Below, one piece after another: positions 52,501-64,000 of a stretch of 64,000 nucleotides of DNA. This DNA comes from Ginglymostoma cirratum. Taxonomy: Eukaryota. The notes under the pieces are model-generated. The model saw only the letters and a list, made by a program, of their open reading frames with translations, ran no database searches and was not told the DNA's origin. Each line of letters opens with the position of its first letter. Position 1 is the first letter of the stretch. The position numbers and the translations under genes were made by a program. Location: positions 13,343,992-13,407,991 of the forward strand of contig JAHRHZ010000031.1 in the NCBI GenBank assembly GCA_024137785.1, read 5' to 3'.

Positions 52501-52683
52501 ACACATTCCAGGAAACAGTGTCTCAGTAATTTGGATTTCCAGCGAATGGAATGTAACTCCAACTTGATTTATTACAGGAGAATTTACCAGTCCCTGAAGA
52601 ATCCTGACAGATTGGAACAGTATCTGGGCTGAAATCGTGCATTTGTGCTGTCGGAGATCTGACTCACATCTGTCTTCTTTTAG

Positions 52684-52815
<132 letters not shown>

Positions 52816-54036
52816 TAATAGCAACTAGGCTTCGTATTCACTATCTGACCATGCCAAGATGCGTCTTATTGGGCAATATTTTTCTAGAGGTGTAACAAAC
52901 TGCAGCATGTAGAATCTTCTTGGCCACATGTCTGTTACTTAACTGCACAACTTATTTAATGCAATCAAGTGAAAACAACAAGAGTTGTTCCCCGCAAAAA
53001 AAAGTATCTCTGTCCTTGATCAAAGAAAACCATATTTAAGAGAGTCCTCCACAGATGTCACTGAGTGCTAAATCCACAGCCAGTGAGTTGGTGCAATTCG
53101 ATCAGAGTATTCTGCAAATGATAGCTGAGCTTTATTAAGGTATTGTTTTAGTCTGGTACCTGGAGTAGCAGCAATTCGATTTTGAGTATTCCTCCATTGA
53201 GTATCATGGTAGACCCACTAATCAGCATGTGTGGCTAATGATCAGAGGCAAAAACAGTTTGTAAATGTAGATATAAATCCATTCTCCTTTTAAACAGGGA
53301 GGGCTGCAGATGCTGTGTATAAAAAGGAATTGAGAGTCATCCCTCGAGTATTACTTGTAGTAAATGCCTGCCTCTGCACCCACTTTGACCTAAAATTTGT
53401 AGTGAACGTGATGGGAAGACAAAAAGATAAGGGACTGGACTGAATTGTTAAACTTTTATGTAATATCCCAACAGCAGCGTATTGGTCAACATGAATTAGA
53501 TGTTGTCTGTGTAGATGGCAAAATGAGTGATTTTATTTTCAGCTGCAAATTCAACAAGTTCTACATGTTTTGTGTTTTACATATTTAAAATGTTCAGTAT
53601 TTTAAAGGTGACAACTCTGACTAAATAATTCATCAAAATAGATTTGCTGAAGTTGTAGAGTCCAGGTAATTGGTTATATTTAATGTATCAATTATATCTA
53701 CTAATACATTTATTCTAACTAAATCATTCCAATGACATGAATGAAGAATTGCCATTTTTTATTTACCTTGGATGAAATGCTTTCATTGATCAATTGGTTG
53801 ACTTCCTATCTGTCGGTGCACTTGGAACAAATATAATTTTTACAGTCTCAAATTTTTTAATGGATGTTTGTTAACATAATAAATGCTATTATTTGAAAAA
53901 CAAAATCTAAAGATTCCGGGTGAAGGATTCAAAACAAATTTAATCACCGAGTTTTTGGAGATACCATTGAAGCTAAGAGTACTGTACATTTTAGCCTTTC
54001 TCCAAAAACTGATCACCTTTAATTATCCTTGAATAG

Positions 54037-54161
54037 GGTTTCTTTGATATTCCTGTGGATAACTTGTATGCGGAGCCAGCAGTACTGCAGTGGATAAAGG
54101 AGAATATTCCAGAGTGGAGGAATTCAATAATTGTCTCTCCTGATGCTGGTGGAGCCAAAAG
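54037..54161 (+). CDS. PRPS2: PRPS2 coding exon 4
   Basis: [42 protein letters not shown]; tag/gtaact; 125 nt. Confidence 0.97.
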
Positions 54162-54492
54162 GTAACTACCTTTTGAGTCCAGTTATAAGTATACAATTTG
54201 CTTGGTCTGGTTGTGATATTAAGATAGAGTTAATACAACATGCCAGTGAAAGGAAAAAAATAGCATTTTAATTACTTTTTCATCGCTCATGTTTCACAGA
54301 AACGAGAGATGCCAAAAAGCAAATGCAAGAATAATTGTTGTATTGGGTACAGTCTTCAATTATAAGTGCAAAAATAACTTCCCTGATTCACATCACATGC
54401 CTCACCATTTGGTCTGTATAATGCTGCCATTATTTTAATTGGTAAACTGCTAAATTTTGCCTTGGGTTCCAGTTTGATTATTGATGTTATAA

Positions 54493-54693
<201 letters not shown>

Positions 54694-55827
54694 TAAGTAA
54701 AATGAGCAAATAGTAAAAATAGTTCCCGGAAGATTTTTTTTCCAGTGAAGAATACGGATTTTGCATGTGTACACAGCGCTGGGGGAGAAGGAACATTTGG
54801 AAAACCCAGGAAGCAGATGTGCCTTCTGCTTTGAGTTGATGCTTCATCAGTGGTTTAAAGTTAAGGCCAAATAAGGGTTTGACTGTCCTACATAATATTC
54901 TTGTTCAGTTATTTTTGTGAAGTGGTCGTTTTTGAGGTGAACGCACTCACGATGGATATATTTACAACTTCCATTTCTGGTTTTTGAACGTGGGCTGTTT
55001 TTAAAATATATTTCAGTAGTTAGCCAAGTTCATATGAACTAATCCAATTTTTTGGAATTGGCATGTTTCTCGATCTCCACTTATCTTTTAAAATTTTACT
55101 TTTTATACGCTGCTTAAAAGTTATTCCTCTTTGGATGGGTATTATACCGAAAATTCTTACCTTCAGTGTGAAAGGACAAGGGATGGGTCCCTGGGAATTC
55201 AAATGTGGAAACAACTAGTTGACCCGTTCTTGAAGCATACAAGACTGTAAATCCTGTCAAGTTTCTTGAGATCAACCTCCTGCATTTGTTTCACCGGACA
55301 AGCAGCTTCAAACTTTGCAGTTTAGCTTTCACAAGAGGGAACACAATTTTATTTTTAAGAGTCTCCGAGAATTTTCAGAAGCTCTACCTTTTAGTTTTAA
55401 GGTGCTTCTCATTCTCTAACCCATTTATTAGATGGTACAGCAAATAGTAACAATGCGGTCTGTATTTTGATCTGCTTGTGTTCCAAATTCTACATTCCTG
55501 ACTATCCCTGATGGCGTTTGATTCCTTAACAAGAAATCATTCACACCCATCTTAAAAATGTTCGATGACCCCGCCTCTCCCACCTTCTGAGGCAGAAAGT
55601 TCTAAAGAGTCACAACCTGCTGAGCAAAAAACTTTCCTCTCTGCTGTAAATGGGACACCGCTAGTTTTATAATAGTGTCCCTTGTTCTGGATAGACCCAC
55701 AAGAGGAATCCAGAATTCTAAATGTGGATCTTCTAAACTGCAGTTATATCACCCCTCGTGTTTCTAAACTCCAGTGAAAGCAAGCCCAGCCTGACCAATA
55801 TAGCCTTAATGGCACAAACTGCTCATT

Positions 55828-56150
55828 GGGGCGGCACGGTGGCTCAGTGGTTAGCACTGCAGCCTCACAGCGCCAGGGACCCGGGTTCGATTCCAGCCCT
55901 GGGTGACTGTCTCTGCGGAGTTTGCACATTCTCCCCATGTCTGTGTGGGTTTCCTCCGGGTGCTCCGGTTTCCTCCACAGTCCAAAGATGTGCAGGCTAG
56001 GTGGATTGGCCATGCTAAATTGCTCATAGTCTTCAGGGGTGTGTGGGTTATAGGGGAATGGGTCTGGGTGGGATGCTCCAAGGGTCGGTGTGGACTTGTT
56101 GGGCCGAAGGGCCTGTTCCCACGCTGTAGGGATTCTAATTCTAATTCTAA
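55828..56150 (+). mobile_element. Full-length, young HE1-like SINE nested in an old minus-strand CR1 fragment (~55480-56475)
   Basis: Intact A box TGGCTCAGTGG and B box GGTTCGATTCC; CpGs retained; (attcta)n tail. Confidence 0.92.
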
Positions 56151-57261
56151 ATTCCAGATATCAACTTAGTAGACCTCCTCTAATTGGCATCCTTCCTTAA
56201 ATAAGATCAATCTGTACAATATTCAAGATACGGCCTCACCAGTGCCTTGTGTAACTGAAGCATAACCTCTGTAGTTAATGTTTAATTCCTCTTGTGATTA
56301 AGGATATCATTCTATTAGCCTTTATAAACAATCGCTTTACCTGAAAACTAATGTTTTGTGACTCATGCTAGAACAACTAGATCTCTCTGTACTTCAGAAT
56401 TTTGCAGTCATTGTCCATTTAAATTGTCCACTTTTATTTTTCCAAACTGAACAACTTCATGTTTTCCGACATTAATGGTGTGAATTGCCTTGTCATTGTG
56501 TGTCCGGTCAAAGAGATTACTATCTAAAATCAATATGTAGAGTTAAAAGGGTTTATTGAGACTACACCAAACTTGTAATTTATATTTAGGCAACATTAAC
56601 CTTGACAGACTTCTTGAATGCTTTTCTTCACCTGTTCTGATGACCACCTCTAATAAGGAATAGCTTTTCATAACCGTGTTCCTCCTTCCCTGGAGGGCAG
56701 GCTGCTAATCCAAGAGTGGTATTCTTTTTCCTGCACAACCCTGAATATTACTTTCAAAACGTGTTCTACAAAGGAAATAGTCATTCTTGTCTTTTCCACC
56801 ACCATATTCAGTACTCTTATGTGGTCCTTGATCTGTTTCAAAGGAGACACCACAATTTTGCTTGCATTTCATTGGTGTGTGGTTTTGGATCTATTCTTAC
56901 TGAGACCACTGCACCTATTATCAATTTGCCTAATTGCCTAGTAGGAGAATTGAATAATTATTTAAAATACATAGTCTTCTCAGTCTCTCAAAATCCATTT
57001 TGAATGCCCCCGACGAGAGATGAAGTATAGCACTTATGATTTCACTGCTGCTGCACCCCTAGTGAGATACTGACCTTGAAATGTTTAAGATAGGCATCTC
57101 CTGTGTACAATGTGAGATGGAAGGTTAATTTACCAGTGATGGAATCCCCATGGTGCGAATGGAAATAAAACTGATGGACCAGGTTTCACTCTTTAAACTT
57201 TCACTGTAACAAATTAACTAAAAACAGCATAATTCAAACATCGATTAACAGCTAAAGGATA

Positions 57262-59106
57262 AAGAACATAGAACATGGAACAGTACAGCACAGTACAGGC
57301 CCTTCGGCCCACGATGTTGTGCCGAACGTTTGCCCTAATCCTAAGGTCCATCTAACCTCCACCCCTACCTTGTACTATCATCCGTATGCCTATCTAATAG
57401 CCGCTCAAATGCCCCTAATGAGGCCGACTCTACTACCATCTCCGGCAAGGCGTTCCACGTCCCGACCGCTCTGAGTAAAGAACCTACCTCTGACATCTCC
57501 CCTATACCTACCTCCACTCACTTTAAAACTATGCCCCTTGTAATAGCTACCTCCACCCTAGGAAAAAGTCTCTGGCTGTCTACTCTATCTATACCTCTGA
57601 ACATTTTGTACATCTCTATCAAGTCACCTCACATCCTTCATCGTTCTAAAGAGAAAAGCCCTAGTGCTGTCAACCTTTCCTCGTAAGACCTTCCCTCCAT
57701 TCCGGGCAACATCCTGGTAAATCTCCTCTGCACCTTTTCCAACGTTTCCACATCTTTCCTGTAATGAGGCAACCGGAACTGGACACAATTCTCCATATGT
57801 GGCGGAACCGTGGTTTTGTATAGCTGGAGCATAACTTCACGGCTCTTGAACTCTATCCCACTATTAATGAAAGCTAACACACCATACGCCGCCTTAACAA
57901 CGCTATCCACCTGGGTGGCAGCTTTCAGGAAACTGTGGACATAAACCCCAAGATCCCTCTGCTCCTCCACACTGCCAAGAATCTTTCCGTTAACCCAATA
58001 TTCTGCTTTTGAGTTTGTCCATCCAAACTGAATCACCTGACACTTTTCAGGGTTAAACTCCATCTGCCACTTCTCAGCCCAGCTCTGCATCCTATCGATG
58101 TCCCTTTGTAATCTAGAACAGCCCTCCGCACTGTCCACAACGCGACCCACCTTCGTATCATCCGTGAACTTACTAATCCACCCTTCCACTCCTTCATCCA
58201 ACTCATTTACAAAAATCACAAATAGAAGAGGACCCAGAACAGATCCTTGTGGTACACCACTCTTAACTGAGCACCATGTTGAATATTTTCTATCCACTAC
58301 CACCCTTTGTCTTCTAAGGGTCGGCCAATTCTGAATCGAATCTGCCGCATTTCCCCCTATCCCATGCCTGCTTACCACCTTCATGAGCCTACCATGGGGA
58401 ACCTTATCAAACGCCTTACTTAAATCTATGTATACGACATCCACTGCTCTGCCTTCATCCACGTGTTTGGTCACCTCTTCAAAGGATTCAATAAGGTTTG
58501 TGAGGCATGATCTACCCCTCACAAATCCATGCTGACTATCACGAATCAAACTGTGTCTTTCCAAGTGATCATAAACCCTATCTCTCAGAGCCCTTTCCAA
58601 TAATTTGCCCACCACTGACACAAGACTAACTGGCCTGTAATTTCTGGGGTTATCCCTATTCCCTTTTTTGAACAAGGGAAAGATGTTTGCCTCTCTCTGG
58701 CACTATACCCGTGGACAGTGAGGATGAAAAGATCATCGCCAAAGGCCCTGCGATCTCTTCCATCGCTTCCCATAGAATCCTTGGATAAATCCCATCAGGC
58801 CCCGGGGGACTTGTCTATCTTCAAGTTCTTCAAAATTCCTAGTACATCTTCCTTACTAACATCGACCTCCTCTAGCTCCCAGCCTGTTTCACACTGTCCT
58901 CCTCTACAACTAGGTCCCCCTCAGTTGTACATACCAAAGAAAAGTATTCATTAAGGACCTCTCCTATCTCTTTAGGTTCCGTGCACAAATTCCCTTTACA
59001 ATCCTTGATCGGCCCTATCCTTTGGTCATTCTCTTGTTCCTCATGTACGTGTAAAAAGCCTCGGAGACTGCCTTGATCCTATCTGCCGAGGTTTTCTCAT
59101 GCCCCC
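57262..59106 (-). mobile_element. Young CR1 LINE, 5'-truncated, with a 345-aa uninterrupted RT stretch (57638-58675)
   Basis: NYRPVSL, QHGF, DLSKAFDKVPH, SGVPQGSVLGPLLF, FTDD motifs; agaacat tail. Confidence 0.95.
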
Positions 59107-60199
59107 TATTTTAAACAATTTTCTTTTAATAGTGTTTTAAACAATAAGATAAATATCACTTTTAAATAGTCAATACAGCAACATTACAGCTGACATCATT
59201 GCAGCCACTTGCATTATTTGGGCAAAAATGTGCTAGCGTGAGCAATCTGTTTTGAAATCCAGTTTTGTTTTGTAGGATCTATTCCTCCTTTCCATCAAAT
59301 TGTTTCAGTCCTTGAACCATGTTCACCAGCAGCTGTATTTTATCCAAAATCCATGGACCTGGTTAGCACCAACAAAGTACACAGCAAAGAGCCCTTTCTT
59401 AATCGGGAAATGGCATCATTGATCACACGAGTTCCCAAATAGTTCCTCTTTAACTTTTTAATTGGTCTGATGGAGTTCACTGCAGCATCCGTTTTGTCAC
59501 TGAGTCTTATCCAATTTCCAGTTTCTTTCCACCTGTATGACACAAAGTAACATAGACTCTATAGTCAATGACCTGCTTCAATACAAGGACCAAATTAAAA
59601 TCTCCCAAACACAAAAGCTGTCTATTAAGTGAGAACCTTGCTCATTTTCTCCTGTGAAATTTGTGGTCTGAACTGTCAAACAGTAACATAGCTGAAACCC
59701 AACCCAACTGCAGTTAGCTTTCTATTTATCTTTGCTTCTCAAGCTCTTCATCCCCAAAGCTACCTTGGGTCACATGGGCATTTGTAACCTAAAGATGTTA
59801 TAATCAGGAAACTTACCTTTCAGTGTACTTCCCAGCCTGCCCTGATCTTAAAGGACCTATTACACAGAAAGGAAATGCAGGCTTCACCGAAAGCATCTAT
59901 TGTGAAGTGAACAAATGTGACAGAAACACCTTAAACTCGCTGTCCGTGAGCATTTACCTGACAAGTAGTCTTATTTCATAATGGATCTCTAGAGTCTAAA
60001 AGTGCCATCGTGGATCCTAAACAGAAGGAAAAGGAGCAAGATCTTGATTCTGGCTATGCTGAAAAATCGAATCATTTGTTTAAACAAAATTAAATGAGTC
60101 GAATTTAAGAAGGAACACAGGACCCAGTGTCTTACGCTTTCCCATGGTGACTGTCCTGTGCAGACAACTTCCTGGGAACCATAATGGGAAGATTGTTTT

Positions 60200-60440
60200 A
60201 TAGTCACTGGACTATTACTCCAGAGGCCGAGGCTAATGCTCTTAGCACGCAAGTTTAAATCACACTGTGGCAGCTTGTGGAATTTAAATTAATTTAACAA
60301 GGTCTGGAATTCAAAGCTTGTCTCAATTAAATTAATATCTCTTAAGGAAAGATATTTGCCATCTTTATATGTCTGGCCTTCACATGACTCCAGAACTTTG
60401 AACTTCAAACTACTCCATTCAAGGTCAATTAGGAATCATT
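60200..60440 (+). mobile_element. tRNA-derived SINE fragment (12283 family)
   Basis: gtcactggactattactccagaggccgaggctaatgctc...ttcaaggtcaattagga. Confidence 0.7.
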
Positions 60441-60689
60441 GGCAAGATAATTTTGAGACTGATGGCTATTTCTGAAAGGACTTTTTAAAATGATACTTTA
60501 CTCAAACTGTATCTGATCAATAATGTGCTGTGGGATTTTTGTGGGGAAGTCATATTATTAAGTTCTGGGAAGAGGCAGTAGAGAAAATTCTGCACTGAAT
60601 TTTATCTGGAACTTCCTAAATTTAGTTTACTCCAATGGAGACAACTCTTTGTTCTTAAAAAGTACATTGTCACTACGGAACTACTTGCT

Positions 60690-62495
60690 TGCTAAACGGC
60701 ATAAGCAGCAAGTGATAGACAGAGCCCAAATGATCCTAAAGCTGTCAGATCTGACATGAGCTTTGCAGTCATCCCACATCTAGTCATGAATGGTTGTGGA
60801 CAATTGAACAACTTGAGGCGGCTCCATGAATATATTCATCCTCAGTGATAGAAGAGTCAGACACATGAATGCAAAACATAAGTCTGAAGTACTCGCAGAA
60901 GTCTTCAGTCAGAGGTGCTGAGTGGATGATCCATCTTGGCTTCCTCCGGTGGTCCCTAGCATTACAGATGCTAGTCTTCGGCCAATTTGATCCATTCCAC
61001 ACGATATCAAGAAATAGTTGAAGGCACGGGATACTGCAAAGGCTATGGACCCTGACAACATTCTAGCAATAGTACTGAAGGCCTGTGCTGCAAAACTTGC
61101 CACTCCCCTAAGCCAAGTTGTTCCAGTACAGTTACAACACTGGCATCTGCTCAACAATGTGGATAATTGCCCAAGTATTTTACAGTATCTTTAAAAGAAA
61201 AGGATAAATCAAACCAGCCAATTACTACCCCATCAATCTACTCTCAATCATCAGTAAAGTGATAGAAGATGTCATCAAAAGTGGTGTCAAGTAGCATCTG
61301 CTCAGCAATAACCTACTTGGTGACATCCAGTTTGGGTTCCATCAAGACCACTCAGCTCCTGACCTTATTACAACCTTGGTTCAAACATGGACAAAAAAGC
61401 TGAACTGAGGAGTTGAGATGAGAGTGACAGTTGTTGATGTCAATGCTGCATTAATCTGAATGTGGCATCAAGGAGACACCCATTGATTCCAATTTTGCTA
61501 GGGAAAGGGGGAAAATTCTCTGCTGGCTTGAGTCGTACCTGGCACGTAGGAAGATGGTTGTGGTGGTCAGAGTTCAATTATCTCTGCAGGAGTTCCTCAG
61601 GGTAGTGTCCTAGGCCCAACCATCTTCAGCTACTTTTCCTGCATCGTAAGTCAGTGTGGGGACATTCGATAATTGCACTGTTTGATTCTTGAGATACTGA
61701 AGCAGTCCATGTTCAAATGTAGCATCATCTGAACAATATCCCGGCTTGGGCCGACATTATGGCCAGTAACATTCATCCCACAAATGCCAGACAATGACCA
61801 TTTCCAGTAAAAGACATTCTAACAAACACCCCTGGACGTTCAATGGTGTTACCATCACTGAATACCCGCACCTGCCCAATCAACATTTGAGGGCTGCACT
61901 GCCACTGACCAGAAATTCAACTAGACTTGCCACACTAGTCAGAGGCTAGAAATCTTCTGGCGACTAACTCATCTTCTAGCTCCCCGTAGTCTTTCCACCA
62001 TCTACAAGGCAAAAGTCAGGAGTATGATGGAACTTTCCCCACTAGCCTGATAAGTGCAGCTCCAACAACACTCGACTTGACCCTATCCCCGAAAAAGCCA
62101 GTTTGATTGGCACTACATCCACAAGCATCCTTCATAGCAGCAGTGTACTATAAGATGCACTGCAGAAATTCAAAGATTGTTAAACAACACCTTCCAAAGC
62201 CATAACCACTTTCATCTAGAAGGACAAAGGCAGCAGATATATAGGAATACCACCAACTGCAAGTTCCGCTGTAAGCTACTCACCATCCTGACTCTGAAAT
62301 ATCACGCTTCCTGCACCGTCGCTGGGTCAAAATCTTGGAATTCTCTCCTTAACGGCATTGTCGGTCAACTTACAGCACGTGGAGTGCAGCAGTTCAAGAA
62401 GGCAGCTCGCTACCACCTTCTCAAGGGCCACTAGTGACTGGTAATAAATGCTGGCCACCCAGCAATGCCCACGTCCAAAGAGTGAATAAAATAAA
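60690..62495 (+). mobile_element. Decayed CR1/L2-group LINE (RT region and 3' end)
   Basis: KAMDPDNI, NYYPINLLSIISKV, QFGF, GVPQGSVLGPTIF remnants; ends aataaatgctggcc...gcccac...gaataaaataaa. Confidence 0.85.
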
Positions 62496-62864
62496 TTACT
62501 CGTGTTAAATTGGTCATTCCTGCTTTTATGGGTGAGGTATGGGCTGCTGTTGAAGACTTGAGCTGTCCAAAATGGTTATACTAACACAGATACTGAAATT
62601 GTATTTAAACAGAAGAATAGCGTTCTGGCTTGCCACTTCAGAAAATCCAGAGTTCCCATTCATAAGAGAATGATAGTTTGATCAAATGCCACTTTAAAAG
62701 GTGAAACTTCTGCATAAGTGGAATTTGAATATTATTTGTATTGTTATCAATTTAGATTCCAGTTTCACTCATGGTTTGAATTTACTAAGATACTCTAACA
62801 GATTGCTTCTTGTGATTAGCTCGTGGGTGACTGTTTGTTTTTATTTTCTCTGACATGCCACTAT

Positions 62865-63760
62865 GGAAAAACGAGGAGCAGGAGTAGGCCTTTTTAGCCC
62901 TTTTGTGTTTGCTGTGCCATTCAATCGGATCATGATTGATCCTCTTTCTCAATAGCATATTCCCACCTACCCATGCCCCTTTTTCTATCTTTTTCTTGAG
63001 TATGTGCAGTGATTTGGCCTTGACAGCTTCTGTGGTAGAGAATTCCACAGGTTCAGTACTCTTTGTCAAAAAAAAATTCCTCATCCAAATCCGAAATAGT
63101 CTGCCCTGTATCCTGAGACGCCATCCCCTGGTTCTAGATTTCCCAACTGTGGAAAATAGCCTCCCTGCATCTCTTCTGTCCAGCCCTGTTAGAATTTTAT
63201 ATATTTCAATCAGGTCCCCTCTCCTGCTTCTAAAACTCTAGTAAATACAGGCCCAGTTGAACCTGTCTGTTCTCATAGAGCAGTTTCGCCATCCTGGATA
63301 TCAATGTAGTAACCCTCTACTGCAGTGCTTCTACAGTAAGTACATCATTTCTTAAATAGGGAGACTAAAACTGCTTTCAGTACTCCTGATGTGGTCTCAC
63401 CAAGGCCTTGTGTAAAGGCAGTAAGGCATCCCTACTACTGAACACAAATTCTGTTGGAGCGAAGGCCAATATATCATTTGCCTATCTACTTGAATTGACT
63501 GGTGTCCAAAAACTCGGATCCCTGTGTACTTTGCACTTCCCCATATATCACCACTTAAATAATACCCTTCCTTTCTGTTTTTCACATCCAAGTGTAGAGC
63601 TTCACACTTAGCCACATTGCATCTGCCGTTTGTCTGTCCACTCACTCAACTTGTCTAAATCACTCTGAAGCATCCGTGCTGCCTCTCCTCAATTCTCAAT
63701 TGTGCTCAGTCTTGTGACATCAACACACTTGAAAATTTTGCATTTGGTTCGATCCAAGTT
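62865..63760 (-). mobile_element. CR1 LINE fragment
   Basis: aggagcaggagtaggcc 3' motif; minus-strand CNVAKCEALH and LVRPHQEY remnants. Confidence 0.82.
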
Positions 63761-63964
63761 GTTTATGAGAATAGAAGCATTGATGGTTCTGGTTATGAAA
63801 GTGGAAATATAAACCATTTACCTTGTTGATCACTGCCTCAAAGCAAGTGCACTATTGTTTGTAAACAGTGTGTTTTGATTTCTGGTAACAAACCCACAAA
63901 ATGTTAAACCTTATGGATGTTAATTTTTTGTTTCAATATTTTTGCAATACTTTATATTGTATTG

Positions 63965-64000
63965 TTCCTGTAGATTTTAGTCTCCTTTGTGTTTTGTTCT
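63965..64000 (+). other. Polypyrimidine tract, probable 3' splice region of PRPS2 intron 5
   Basis: tctcctttgtgttttgttct resembles the exon 2 acceptor (cccttttgttttgttctgcag); exon 6 not found within the window. Confidence 0.45.

Noticed and set aside
55828-55900. tRNA gene
   Set aside because: A and B boxes belong to a SINE head that continues into core and tail
56491-59922. Third LTR surrounding the young CR1
   Set aside because: TG...CA candidates lacked a matching TSD

Overview
Eukaryotic, repeat-rich vertebrate DNA, most likely a shark or other cartilaginous fish (inferred from HE1-type SINEs and the CR1/L2/Penelope mix), with two 400-N gaps. The one clear gene is PRPS2 (ribose-phosphate pyrophosphokinase 2) on the + strand. 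Coding exons 1-5 (122/184/99/125/174 nt, all GT-AG) lie at 33438-54692, and the window ends in a polypyrimidine tract, probably just before exon 6. The rest is layered mobile DNA: CR1 and L2 LINEs, tRNA-derived SINEs, two solo LTRs with exact target-site duplications (TSDs), decayed Harbinger transposase and Myb/SANT relics, and a Penelope-like GIY-YIG element. The most interesting signals are three. (1) About a dozen Penelope-derived end modules carry a minimal hammerhead-ribozyme core (CUGANGA-stem-GAAAC-GUH); several are tiny TSD-flanked inverted insertions. (2) The PRPS2 promoter is built from a ~30-33 bp minisatellite combining TGATTGACAG with GC boxes and has been split by retroelement insertions. 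(3) An intronic cluster of transcription-factor motifs sits inside a decayed L2 tail. Repeat family names come from recalled similarity, not from database searches, and boundaries without a TSD are approximate.
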